Source: Synergistaceae bacterium (GTDB lineage Bacteria > Synergistota > Synergistia > Synergistales > Aminobacteriaceae). From it: a stretch of DNA of 64,000 nucleotides. Positions 27,744-36,859 of the stretch are shown piece after piece. The stretch is from positions 22,835-86,834 of the forward strand of contig JAHDKR010000021.1 in NCBI GenBank assembly GCA_018436785.1, written 5' to 3'. Positions within the stretch are counted from its first letter, which is position 1; each line of letters starts with the position of its first letter. The notes under the pieces were generated by a model. The model was given only the letters and a program-made list of their open reading frames with translations, did no database searches and was not told the origin of the DNA. Made by a program: the position numbers and the translations under genes.

Positions 27744-29057
27744 ATGTACAAAGAGCCGGAAATTTTGGTTGGGCTGGATCTTGGTACGAGTAAAATATCC
27801 GTCGTTATTGCAGAGAGGGATTCCCGTTTCCAGGAAGCTCAAATTATTGGCGTGGGGTACGCGCCGTCCCAAGGCATCCGAAAAGGACTGATCATAAATC
27901 TTGAACAGGCTGTGCGATCCGTACGTCAAGCAATAAAAGACGCTGAGAACATGGTTGGTTTTGAAATAGACGAAGCAACCGTTTCTTTCAGCGGGATGGA
28001 AGTTGCTTCGGTAACTTCAAGAGGGATGATTTCTCTTGGAAGAACGCCTCGCCAGGTCTCTATCTCCGATGTGGAACGGGTTATTGAAGCAGCGCAGAGC
28101 GAGCTCTCAATACCCCCGAATCGTGTCACATTGCACACCATTCCTGTTAAATACTCAATCGACGGTAATTCCGGAATAGACGATCCTCTAGGTATGACGG
28201 GCATTCGTCTCGAAATGGAATTGCAATCGGTAATTGTTCCGACAACTGTGGTCCAAAATATAATCAACTGCGTCGAAAGCGCTGGTATTGAGGTCAATGG
28301 ACTGGTAATAAAATCACTTGCCAGTGCTCTTGGATCCTTAACCGACGAAGAGACACGCGCCGGGGTGATATCGTTGTGCATCGGAGGAGGAACTACCGGA
28401 GTCGCCCTCTATACCGACGGACGCCCTGTTAAACTGTCGATTATCCCGATAGGCGGAGATCATATTACGAACGACCTCGCGTACGTTATGAAAATTCCGA
28501 TCAGTAAGGCGGAAGAGGTTAAAAAGATGGTCTCTCTCAATCCGGAGGAAATAGAGCAACAGGATCTTGACGTCGACGTTCGCGGACGAATGAAGACTTT
28601 CAGCATTGGTGAAGCCGCCGAGGTAGTGAACTGCAGATTGGAAGAGCTTTTTGGTGAACACGTTCGCCATCAGCTCGCCGAGTTCAGTCTGCACATGTTT
28701 CCTGCAGGCATCGTCCTTTCAGGAGGAGTAGCAAAAACACCCGGCATTGATGTCTTCGTCTCCGAAACACTTAACTTGCCCGTTCGGATTGCCGAACCGC
28801 TTGACGTGTACCAGATGCCGCCGGGAAGAAACGACTGCGAATATACAACTGTGGCCGGTGTGGTACGATATATGACGAGCAGGGAACGCAATCCTTACAG
28901 ATACATCGAAACGCCTATTTCAGAACTTCGCTCAGGAGCTGCCCAGGTTGCTTCCAGCATTACGGGGAAGCTCCCTCGAAAGAGCGGAGGAGACCGGACA
29001 GAAGGCATTCGTGGTTTTATGGATTATTTAAAGAAGTCTGTTAAAGAGCTTTTTTGA
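27744..29057 (+). CDS. ftsA: Cell division protein FtsA
   Basis: 437 aa. Actin-fold motifs (VGLDLGTSKISVVIAE, GGGTTGVALY) and a C-terminal amphipathic tail. Starts directly after the ftsQ stop. Confidence 0.92.
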   Translation: MYKEPEILVGLDLGTSKISVVIAERDSRFQEAQIIGVGYAPSQGIRKGLIINLEQAVRSVRQAIKDAENMVGFEIDEATVSFSGMEVASVTSRGMISLGRTPRQVSISDVERVIEAAQSELSIPPNRVTLHTIPVKYSIDGNSGIDDPLGMTGIRLEMELQSVIVPTTVVQNIINCVESAGIEVNGLVIKSLASALGSLTDEETRAGVISLCIGGGTTGVALYTDGRPVKLSIIPIGGDHITNDLAYVMKIPISKAEEVKKMVSLNPEEIEQQDLDVDVRGRMKTFSIGEAAEVVNCRLEELFGEHVRHQLAEFSLHMFPAGIVLSGGVAKTPGIDVFVSETLNLPVRIAEPLDVYQMPPGRNDCEYTTVAGVVRYMTSRERNPYRYIETPISELRSGAAQVASSITGKLPRKSGGDRTEGIRGFMDYLKKSVKELF

Positions 29058-29089
29058 AGCCGCATTCCGCATTCGGGGAGGAAATGAAT

Positions 29090-30247
29090 ATGGAGCACGT
29101 ATTTCAGGTTAATGATACTCCGAGGCCCCACAGAGAAGAGATCAAAGTAGTCGGCGTGGGGGGCGGCGGCGGCAACGCCTTGAATCATATAATTCGAAGC
29201 GGTGTTTCCGGGGTTCACTTCATCGCTGCGAATACGGATGTCGGTGCATTGCACCTTTCCCAGGCAAGTTCTAAGGTCACTCTTGGAGAAAAACTAACCA
29301 AGGGGCTGGGCGCCGGCTCCGACCCGTCAGTGGGTATGAACAGCGCGAAAGAATCCATTGATAAGATTCGGGAAGTTGTTGCCGGAGCCGACATGGTCTT
29401 TATTACAGCGGGGATGGGCGGAGGTACAGGAACAGGCGCTTCTCCGGTCATTGCCGAAGTCGCCAAGGAAGCGGGAGCGCTTGTTGTCGCAGTCGTCACA
29501 TTTCCCTTTTCCTTCGAGATGAACAGGCGCCGAAAACAAGCAGCCGAAGGGATCGCAACGCTCAAAGAGAAGGTGGATGCGCTCCTTGTAGTCGAAAACG
29601 ACAGGCTTCTTGAACTGACTGATGAAAAAACCAAGCATTCAGAAGCCTATAAACTTGCAGATGAAGTACTCCGTCAGGCTGTTCAGGGAGTGACTGATCT
29701 TATTTTGAAACCGAGTCTTATCAATGTCGATTTTGCAGACGTACGAACTGTAATGCAAAATGCCGGTTCAGCTATTATGGGCATTGGCTCAGGCGAAGGT
29801 GAAAATCGAGCGGAAATCGCAGCGAAGAGCGCTATCAAATCGCCTCTGATGTCCATTCCGATGAAAGGCGCCAAGGGTATTTTATTCAACATTACCGGAG
29901 GCTCGGACCTTGGTATTCACGAAATCCGCAAGGCGGCTCAGATAATTACGGAGACAGCGGATGAGGACGCCATCGTCATTTGGGGGCATACAGTCGCGGA
30001 GGATATGGCGGAAAAAATACAGATTACAGTTATCGCTACTGGCTTCAGCTCCGAAAAAGAGAAGCGTACTGTCACGAATTTTGCAGCAAAGCAGCCTGCG
30101 CCAAAACAAAAGGCGCCCGGAGTCGTTCTTGAAGAAGCTGAAGTACTGCCGATACAGGATGAGGATATGTTTTCCATCAGTGGTGTGCCCAAGAACCCTT
30201 ACGATATTCCTTCGATAATTCGAAGAAATAAAAAAGCCGGCAAGTAA
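29090..30247 (+). CDS. ftsZ: Cell division GTPase FtsZ
   Basis: About 385 aa. Tubulin signature GGGTGTGA, VGVGGGGGNA, and a C-terminal conserved peptide DIPSIIRR. ATG 29090 lies 8 nt after the GGGGAGG SD; ATG 29084 is also possible. Confidence 0.95.
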   Translation: MEHVFQVNDTPRPHREEIKVVGVGGGGGNALNHIIRSGVSGVHFIAANTDVGALHLSQASSKVTLGEKLTKGLGAGSDPSVGMNSAKESIDKIREVVAGADMVFITAGMGGGTGTGASPVIAEVAKEAGALVVAVVTFPFSFEMNRRRKQAAEGIATLKEKVDALLVVENDRLLELTDEKTKHSEAYKLADEVLRQAVQGVTDLILKPSLINVDFADVRTVMQNAGSAIMGIGSGEGENRAEIAAKSAIKSPLMSIPMKGAKGILFNITGGSDLGIHEIRKAAQIITETADEDAIVIWGHTVAEDMAEKIQITVIATGFSSEKEKRTVTNFAAKQPAPKQKAPGVVLEEAEVLPIQDEDMFSISGVPKNPYDIPSIIRRNKKAGK

Positions 30248-30324
30248 ATTCTGATATCCCGAAAATCATTTCCTCGAGCGAGTTGAGTTTGATTGATCCG
30301 GAATCGTCCAGCGCAGGCTGAAGG

Positions 30325-30362
30325 AAGCAGGGGTCTTGAAAGGGATTCCTGCTTTATTTTTT
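30325..30362 (+). terminator. Rho-independent terminator after ftsZ (end of the dcw cluster)
   Basis: Stem AAGCAGG (30325-30331) / CCTGCTT (30348-30354) followed by TATTTTTT. Confidence 0.6.
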
Positions 30363-30518
30363 AGGATTCTGATCTATTAGATAGCCTTGTGTGGACTATT
30401 ATAGTAAATACGTTGCGCTACAAACTGAGGTTAATGCAGAAGACAAATTTTTGCTGATTTAGGAAGCCATTTGGGGCACTTCTTCTCCAAGCGAGGCAGA
30501 CGGACAGGGAGGGTAAAA

Positions 30519-31160
30519 ATGTCCATAAGAGAAAGCAGAAGACACAAAGAAAGGCGATCTGTTATCCCTTTCGGCGATATTATGCTTCCCGTCATCGGAC
30601 TTGTGGCGGTCGGCCTCCTGATTGTGGGTGTAAAACTCTTTTTTCTTTCCGGCGACAGGTACAAAACGTATACACCGTTACCTATTCATCAGGAGGAAAA
30701 AACAACGCCCAATCCTTCCGTCACACCTCCTGTTCTCCCGCCCGGACAACCCGAGAAGGAAAACGCTGCGGAGGACGCCATCCTCGCAGTTCCCGTTTCA
30801 CCTGGAGGTGGCACAGGAGACCGTGTCAGGGTAGAAACTCCTACGAAAACTCCTCCAGTAGTAAAACCTAAGACACCCCCGCGCCCACCGGAAGTCAAAC
30901 GACCTGCGCCTCCGCCAGCGCCTTCCAACAGTCGTTGGGGCGTTCAAATCGGTTCATTTACAGCACGCCAGAGCGCCGAGACGGTACGTCAACAGGCTGA
31001 AAGAGCGGGCTTCAGAGTCTCGATTTTGTCCGGGCAGGTACGCGGGAAGACATATTTCAGGGTGACCGTTCCGGCTGGAAATACTCGTGCCGAAGCGGTA
31101 TCTCTCTCGCAGAAGCTTGCAAAATCTGGTTTTCCTGTTTTTGTGGTTTCGATTCGATAA
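30519..31160 (+). CDS. SPOR-domain peptidoglycan-binding protein
   Basis: About 213 aa from the ATG at 30519 (GGGAGGG SD). Basic N-terminus, one TM helix, Pro-rich linker. C-terminal SPOR-like domain (RWGVQIGSFTARQSAETVRQQAERAGF...YFRVTVPAGNTRAEA). Confidence 0.7.
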   Translation: MSIRESRRHKERRSVIPFGDIMLPVIGLVAVGLLIVGVKLFFLSGDRYKTYTPLPIHQEEKTTPNPSVTPPVLPPGQPEKENAAEDAILAVPVSPGGGTGDRVRVETPTKTPPVVKPKTPPRPPEVKRPAPPPAPSNSRWGVQIGSFTARQSAETVRQQAERAGFRVSILSGQVRGKTYFRVTVPAGNTRAEAVSLSQKLAKSGFPVFVVSIR

Positions 31161-31245
31161 AGCGCTTTTTTGCTTTGTAATTATCCACTTCATGTAGGCT
31201 TCAACAAATTTTGGAGAGCACACGGATCGGGAAGGAGATACGCTA

Positions 31246-32478
31246 TTGGCTGGTTTTGTTCGGGAACTGACTGACAGAATGTCCGCCATTGAGTACGCCG
31301 CCGCATCACTCTCATTTCCTTGGCAAGGAAATGAGAGTTCAAGAGATCTCGATGCAGCGGAGGGTTTGACTCTTGCTCGAGATATTCTTGCACCGGAAGA
31401 TTTCCCTCCTTTTGACAGAAGCACCCGCGACGGGTATGCGCTCATCAGTGAGGACAGCTACGGAGCATCGCAATCAAATCCCGCATTTTTAACGATCCGC
31501 GGAGAAGTTCCAATGGCCGCCGTTCCTTCGTTTTCCTTGAGCGAAGGGGAATGTGCGCTGATTCACACTGGAGGCGTACTGCCTGCGGGAGCGGATGCGG
31601 TTATTATGCTAGAAAACGTAGAGCGAACAGGAAATTGGCTGGAAATACGAAAGGCTGTTCAGAAGGGCGAGAATATCGTCTTTCGGGGTGAAGAATTCTC
31701 AGCAGGCGCCATCCTTCTCCCAAAGGGCGTCCAGGTTGACTTCAAGTCTTCCGGCGTTCTTGCAGCCGCAGGTATTTCAAAGGCGCCGGTGCAACACGTA
31801 AAGGTAGGTATTCTCAGCACGGGAGACGAAATAGTCCCCTGTGAAACTCGTTCTTTAAACCCAGGCCAGTTTCGCGACGCCAACGCAAACATTCTTTCGT
31901 CGCTTTTACGGCGTCATGGATATGAACCTGTCTATTTGGGAATAGTCGAAGACTCAAAGGTTTCTCTTGAAAAAGCGTTATACCGAGCCATGGAGGAGTG
32001 CGACGTTGTCCTGCTCAGCGGGGGGTCTTCAGTGAGCACTAGAGACCATTGTTCAACGATTCTTGAATCCCTCGAAGCACCGGGACTGCTGGTTCGAGGC
32101 ATTTTGATGTCGCCGGGGAAACCCACTCTCATCGCCGGAATAAAAGAAAAGCAAAAGCTCGTAATGGGCCTGCCGGGACACCCTTTTTCATGTTTTCTTG
32201 CTGCGTATACTGTGTTCCTTCCTCTTGCACACGCTATGAATACTGGCGCCATCGTATCCCCTTGGAGATCGGTAGTACTTCCTGTTTCCGAGTCCGTATT
32301 CGGTCACTCGGGGATTGAGGAATTTTTACCATGCGCCCTCCGCGACGGAAAGGCTGTTCCTCTTCCGGTGAAATCTTCGTTCGCAAAGGCGCTCGGACAA
32401 GCCGACGGGATTCTCCGTCTTTCGTCTTCGAGAGAGACTGTCCGTCCCGGCGAGGAGGTAGAAGTATGGCTTTGGTAA
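31246..32478 (+). CDS. moeA: Molybdopterin molybdenum/tungsten-transferase MoeA
   Basis: 410 aa. TTG start 8 nt after GAAGGAG. MoeA N-terminal, MoCF-biosynthesis and C-terminal domains (STRDGYAL, ILSTGDE, LLSGGSS, GLPGHP). Confidence 0.88.
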   Translation: MAGFVRELTDRMSAIEYAAASLSFPWQGNESSRDLDAAEGLTLARDILAPEDFPPFDRSTRDGYALISEDSYGASQSNPAFLTIRGEVPMAAVPSFSLSEGECALIHTGGVLPAGADAVIMLENVERTGNWLEIRKAVQKGENIVFRGEEFSAGAILLPKGVQVDFKSSGVLAAAGISKAPVQHVKVGILSTGDEIVPCETRSLNPGQFRDANANILSSLLRRHGYEPVYLGIVEDSKVSLEKALYRAMEECDVVLLSGGSSVSTRDHCSTILESLEAPGLLVRGILMSPGKPTLIAGIKEKQKLVMGLPGHPFSCFLAAYTVFLPLAHAMNTGAIVSPWRSVVLPVSESVFGHSGIEEFLPCALRDGKAVPLPVKSSFAKALGQADGILRLSSSRETVRPGEEVEVWLW

Positions 32479-34385
32479 AGGAAAATATGCACATTACACT
32501 GAAACAGGCGTGGACTCTTCTTCGGGAGGCAATCACACAGATCGCCCCCGAGTTATGTTCTGTACAACATTGTTATGAACGATTACTTGCCGCGGATCTT
32601 CTCTCCCAAAGAAACGTTCCGCACTACAATGCATCCGCCATGGACGGATTCGCACTCTCATCAGCCTCCACTGCCCACGCGACGCCATCTTCGCCTGTAT
32701 TTTTACGCCGCGACGAGTTTGCTCGGCTCAATACGGGCGGTGTGCTGCCTGCATCCTTCGATGCGGTTGCTATGATTGAGGACGTGGCGCTCTCCAGTGA
32801 CGGAGAAAAGCTGACCGTCGCCAAAACGCTCGTTGCCGGAGAAAATGTTCGTCCTGTTGGTGAAGATGTCTTTCGAGGACAGGTAATAGCGCGTGTAGGG
32901 GAGAGAATATCGCCGCCGCTGGCATCCTTGTGCGCCACGGCGGGAATTCCTTCAGTCAGCGTACAGGCTCTTCCGAAGACTCTCTTCATCCCTACAGGAG
33001 ATGAAATCATCCCTCTAGAGGAATGGCTTTCCATGGACGAGCCGCCTGCTGGGAAAGTAGGGGAGAGCAACTCATTTCTCGTTCAGGGCTACTTTTCCCG
33101 ATGGGGTTTCCCTGTCGATATAGCTCCATGCCTTCCCGACAATCCAGAGGTACTTTCGGAGTTTCTTTTGAAAAAAGCCGAGGAGTACGACCTGCTGCTC
33201 GTTGGGGCCGGCTCGGCAAAAGGAGAAAAGGACTATACTTTTTCCATCTTTGAAAAATACGGGAAGCCAATCTTTCGATGGCTTCTGATGAAACCAGGCA
33301 GACCTGCATCCGCTGCGCTGCTACGACGTGCAGTCGCGGTCAATCTCCCGGGTTTTCCAATGTCGAACGCTGTCATCCTCTGGTCGATCGTCTACCCGAT
33401 TTTACAGCTTCTTCAGAAAGGGGATTTTGACGAATCTTCCGCAATCCAAGAAGCTCTCGGAGCGGAAGGATCCGAAGAGATGTCTCTTCTCGTCTCCTGC
33501 TCTTCCTCGCCGGGAAAAGAGGAATGGCTTCGTTTAAAATGCGTGGAGATAGACGGGCGAAAAATGGCGTATCCGCTGCCTTCAGGGGCAAGCGCACTCT
33601 GGTCCTTGGCGGAGATTGACGCAGTGTCGCTGCTTCCGTTGGAAAGCGCGGAATTGCCGAAGGGAAGCGCCGTTTCGGTGTGGACGACCCGGCGTATTCC
33701 CTGGAAGGAACGCATTCTTTTCCAAGGGTCAAATGATCCTGCCTTGGAACGCCTCCCCTCATTTGTCCGCAAACAGGGCGGCGATCTCCTGCTCAGATCG
33801 GTCGGAAGCCTTGCGGGACTTGCCGCTCTTTCGAGAAGAGAATGCCATATCGCGGCGGCGCATCTATTCCATGCCGAGACGGGAGAGTACAACACTCCGT
33901 TCATCGACGAACTTTTTCATGATCCGGAAACGGTTGTCCGGAGGAGAGTTTTCTTTCGGGAACAGGGTTTTATTACGAAAAAAGGCAACCCCAAGAAGAT
34001 CTCCGGGGTACGAGATCTTGACCGGGAGGATATTGTGCTCGTCAACCGACAGCGAGGCGCGGGAACGCGTGTACTGCTTGATGCGCTTCTGGAGGAGGCA
34101 GACATTCATCCTTCCGCGGTCAGGGGATACAATAGTCTGAGTCCGACACATTTTGAATCAGCCAACAGAGTAGCGTTAGGCTTTGTCGACGTTGCTCTTG
34201 GTATAAAATCTGTCGCCGACGCGCTTGACTTGGATTTCATTCCAGTTGCGGAAGAACCCTATGAACTCGTCTACTTGAAAGAATTCGAAAGCCTTACAGG
34301 ACTGAAAGCCGTGCTCAACGCATTGGACGATAAAGAGTGGCGCGCCGGCGTACTGCGTATGGGAGGATACCGATGGGCAGAATAA
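32466..34385 (+). CDS. MoeA paralogue fused to a C-terminal periplasmic-binding-protein-like (PBP/COG1910-type) domain
   Basis: 639 aa from the ATG at 32466 (13-nt overlap with moeA). N-terminal about 415 aa is MoeA-like (NASAMDGFAL, IPTGDE, NLPGFP). The C-terminal 223 aa (from 33714) resembles the PBP-like oxyanion-binding domain (GSNDPALE..., GSLAGLAAL..., IAAAHL). Confidence 0.8.
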   Translation: MALVKENMHITLKQAWTLLREAITQIAPELCSVQHCYERLLAADLLSQRNVPHYNASAMDGFALSSASTAHATPSSPVFLRRDEFARLNTGGVLPASFDAVAMIEDVALSSDGEKLTVAKTLVAGENVRPVGEDVFRGQVIARVGERISPPLASLCATAGIPSVSVQALPKTLFIPTGDEIIPLEEWLSMDEPPAGKVGESNSFLVQGYFSRWGFPVDIAPCLPDNPEVLSEFLLKKAEEYDLLLVGAGSAKGEKDYTFSIFEKYGKPIFRWLLMKPGRPASAALLRRAVAVNLPGFPMSNAVILWSIVYPILQLLQKGDFDESSAIQEALGAEGSEEMSLLVSCSSSPGKEEWLRLKCVEIDGRKMAYPLPSGASALWSLAEIDAVSLLPLESAELPKGSAVSVWTTRRIPWKERILFQGSNDPALERLPSFVRKQGGDLLLRSVGSLAGLAALSRRECHIAAAHLFHAETGEYNTPFIDELFHDPETVVRRRVFFREQGFITKKGNPKKISGVRDLDREDIVLVNRQRGAGTRVLLDALLEEADIHPSAVRGYNSLSPTHFESANRVALGFVDVALGIKSVADALDLDFIPVAEEPYELVYLKEFESLTGLKAVLNALDDKEWRAGVLRMGGYRWAE

Positions 34386-35431
34386 TGCGTGATCCTTATG
34401 GAAGAACGCTTGACTACGTTCGTATTTCTATCACCGACCGCTGTAATTTTCGCTGTCTTTACTGCATGCCGGCAAACGGTATTGCCTGGATTCCTCATGA
34501 AGATATTATGACGTACGAAGACATATTCTTTCTCGTCTCCGTTCTTTCTGAACTTGGAGTAAAGAGGCTTCGTTTCACCGGCGGAGAGCCTTTTGTCAGG
34601 AAGGGATTCGTTTCGTTTCTGCAAGAAATACGGCAAAGATTCCCTTCCATCGACGTCGCGGTAACGACAAACGGAGCGTTTCTGGAACGGGATGCATCAG
34701 CACTTTCTGCTCTCCGCCTTCATTCGGTGAATGTGAGTCTTGATACGTTGCACCCGCAGAAGTTCGCTGACATTACGAGGACGGGGGAACTCGGAACAGT
34801 GCTCCGCGGAATTCGCGCCCTCGTTGCAAAGGGAGGAGTTTCTGTAAAGATAAACACAGTGGTAATGCGTGATTTCAACCTCAATGAGATTTCCGGGCTC
34901 GTTCGCTTCGCCAAAGAAAACGATGTACTGCTCAGGTTTATCGAATTCATGCCGCTTGACAAGGACGTCTGGTCAAACCAGCAGTACGTCTCCGCCTCGG
35001 AGATTCTCTCGCTTCTCCCGGACGCTCTTCAGTGGTCCCCCTCACCGAAGAGCTCTGTGACAACGCAGAACACAAGCTCTGCAATTCCTAACGGCCCAGC
35101 AAAGTATTTCAGGAATGCGAAAACAGGGCAGGATATCGGTATCATCTCGGCTGTCTCCGATCATTTCTGCCATACGTGCAATCGCCTTCGGATAACATCA
35201 ACTGGTGAAGTGCGCCCTTGCCTCTTCAGCAACAGAGGCGTCGCCATCATCGACGCTTTGCGAAGGAAGGATCCCGACGCCGCCCGCGATGGCATTCTCA
35301 TGGCGGTAAAAAATAAACCCCATGAAGGGGGTACGGGTATTCCCGAAGAGCGGCAAAACCCGGAAGACGCTCCTCAAAAGCGTACAGATCTCTTCCAAGA
35401 AGAACGTCACATGTCCCGGATCGGAGGATGA
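34373..35431 (+). CDS. moaA: GTP 3',8-cyclase MoaA (radical SAM)
   Basis: About 352 aa. CNFRCLYCMP radical-SAM motif and a C-terminal second-cluster motif CHTCNRLRITSTGEVRPC. Start is ATG 34373 or 34385. Confidence 0.92.
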   Translation: MGRIMRDPYGRTLDYVRISITDRCNFRCLYCMPANGIAWIPHEDIMTYEDIFFLVSVLSELGVKRLRFTGGEPFVRKGFVSFLQEIRQRFPSIDVAVTTNGAFLERDASALSALRLHSVNVSLDTLHPQKFADITRTGELGTVLRGIRALVAKGGVSVKINTVVMRDFNLNEISGLVRFAKENDVLLRFIEFMPLDKDVWSNQQYVSASEILSLLPDALQWSPSPKSSVTTQNTSSAIPNGPAKYFRNAKTGQDIGIISAVSDHFCHTCNRLRITSTGEVRPCLFSNRGVAIIDALRRKDPDAARDGILMAVKNKPHEGGTGIPEERQNPEDAPQKRTDLFQEERHMSRIGG

Positions 35432-35438
35432 ACTCTCT

Positions 35439-35963
35439 GTGAGCATTATTGAAGATGAAAAAAATGAATTGACGCATCTGGATGAACAGGGGCGGCCTCT
35501 AATGGTCGATGTCGGCGAGAAGCCCTTTTCCGCCCGCACAGCGGAGGCGGAAGGATGGGTTTTGTTGGATCAGGCAATCTGTGATCTCCTGGGCGACAAA
35601 GGCCTCTCAAAAAAAGGAGATGTCCTTCGTATTGCGGAAACTGCCGGAATAATGGCCGTGAAAAAAACGTGGGAGCTGATCCCTTTATGTCACTCGATTC
35701 GAGTCGACAGTGTACGAGTGCAGTGCGAGCTGCTGGCGGACATCCGAAAAATCCATATCAAGAGCATAGTGAAGGCAAATGACGTTACGGGAGTTGAAAT
35801 GGAGGCGCTTACCGGCGTTTCAGTAGCGGCTCTCACGGTGTACGATATGTGCAAAGCGGTCTCGAAAGGGATGGTTATTGACGGCATCCGTCTTCTCCGT
35901 AAAACCGGAGGAAAAAGCGGCGACTACATCGCTTCGACTCCAATTCAAGTGGAGGACGTTTGA
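35439..35963 (+). CDS. moaC: Cyclic pyranopterin monophosphate synthase MoaC
   Basis: About 174 aa. LTHLDEQGRPLMVDVGEKP..., IPLCH and VEMEALTGVSVAALTVYDM motifs. No in-frame ATG follows the moaA stop, so GTG at 35439 (GGAGGA SD 10 nt upstream) is the proposed start. Confidence 0.85.
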   Translation: MSIIEDEKNELTHLDEQGRPLMVDVGEKPFSARTAEAEGWVLLDQAICDLLGDKGLSKKGDVLRIAETAGIMAVKKTWELIPLCHSIRVDSVRVQCELLADIRKIHIKSIVKANDVTGVEMEALTGVSVAALTVYDMCKAVSKGMVIDGIRLLRKTGGKSGDYIASTPIQVEDV

Positions 35964-35964
35964 C

Positions 35965-36792
35965 ATGAAAGTCCTCGCTATTATTGAAAGGTCTACCCGT
36001 ACCTTTCTCCCGCACACGCTCAGTTACGTAAGCATTAACAAAGCCGGAGAAAGCGCCTTGAACGGGACAGAAAAGCCGTTCTTTCTGCTCTCTCCGGGAG
36101 AGAGAGAAAAACTTCCGGAAAAGAGCGTCGGCTTTGTTCTCCCCAAAGACGCGCTAAAATTCTCCTATTTCCTCTCTTCCGGAGAGGATGTTCTCTTTCG
36201 CATATTGGAAGGGAATCCGTTGCCGCGATTGAGCGTTGAACAGGGAGGTTTCATCTCCGTTTCACATAGAATGCAGCTGCTCCGTCCGATTTCGGTCGGC
36301 ATACTCACCGTGAGTGACAAAGGGAGCAGGGGAGAGAGGGAGGACCTCTCCGGTCCGGCTCTAGCCCGTAGCGTCAAGCCGCTCGGGATGTTTGTCGAAG
36401 AAGTTGCGATTGTCCCTGATGAGATCGGAATCATCTCGGATACGCTCACGAAGTGGAGCGATACCGGCCGTCTCAATCTCATACTGACTACAGGCGGAAC
36501 CGGTCTGTCCAAGAGAGATGTTACTCCCGAGGCGCTTCTTTCCGTTGCCGAAAAACATGTTCCGGGCATCGGGGAAACAATGCGCAGCGTTTCGATGAAG
36601 ATAACCTCAAAAGCCATGCTGAGCAGAGGCTGCGCCGTTATCCGTGGAGAAACGCTTATTATTGCCCTTCCAGGGAGCGAAAAGGCTGCGGAAGAATGCT
36701 TCGCTGCAATAGCTCCCGCACTGCGCCACGGTATAGAGATACTGTGCGGATGGGACAGTGAATGCGGCTCCCGCCCGCATCATCATCATTGA
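35965..36792 (+). CDS. MogA/MoaB-type molybdopterin adenylyltransferase with an uncharacterised N-terminal domain and a C-terminal HHHH
   Basis: 275 aa from the ATG at 35965, 2 nt after the moaC stop. The C-terminal about 165 aa is the MoCF-biosynthesis fold (ILTVSDKGSRGEREDLSGP, LILTTGGTGLSKRD, ALPGSEKAA). I do not recognise the first about 107 aa. The protein ends ...SRPHHHH. Confidence 0.8.
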   Translation: MKVLAIIERSTRTFLPHTLSYVSINKAGESALNGTEKPFFLLSPGEREKLPEKSVGFVLPKDALKFSYFLSSGEDVLFRILEGNPLPRLSVEQGGFISVSHRMQLLRPISVGILTVSDKGSRGEREDLSGPALARSVKPLGMFVEEVAIVPDEIGIISDTLTKWSDTGRLNLILTTGGTGLSKRDVTPEALLSVAEKHVPGIGETMRSVSMKITSKAMLSRGCAVIRGETLIIALPGSEKAAEECFAAIAPALRHGIEILCGWDSECGSRPHHHH

Positions 36793-36859
36793 GCAGCCCG
36801 ATAACAGAGAAAATATACATTGGGGCGCAAATCTGTATGAAGGGAGACGAAGCGTGGAT

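Noticed and set aside
31161-31245. Possible Moco riboswitch upstream of the moeA operon
   Set aside because: The spacer is only 85 nt, and I could not find the conserved Moco-motif helices or loops. It is too short for the known aptamer.
36781-36792. C-terminal HHHH of the MogA fusion as a cloning His-tag artefact
   Set aside because: Only four His residues are present, there is no vector-like flanking sequence, and the native rapZ ORF and SD follow immediately. I treat it as genuine genomic sequence.
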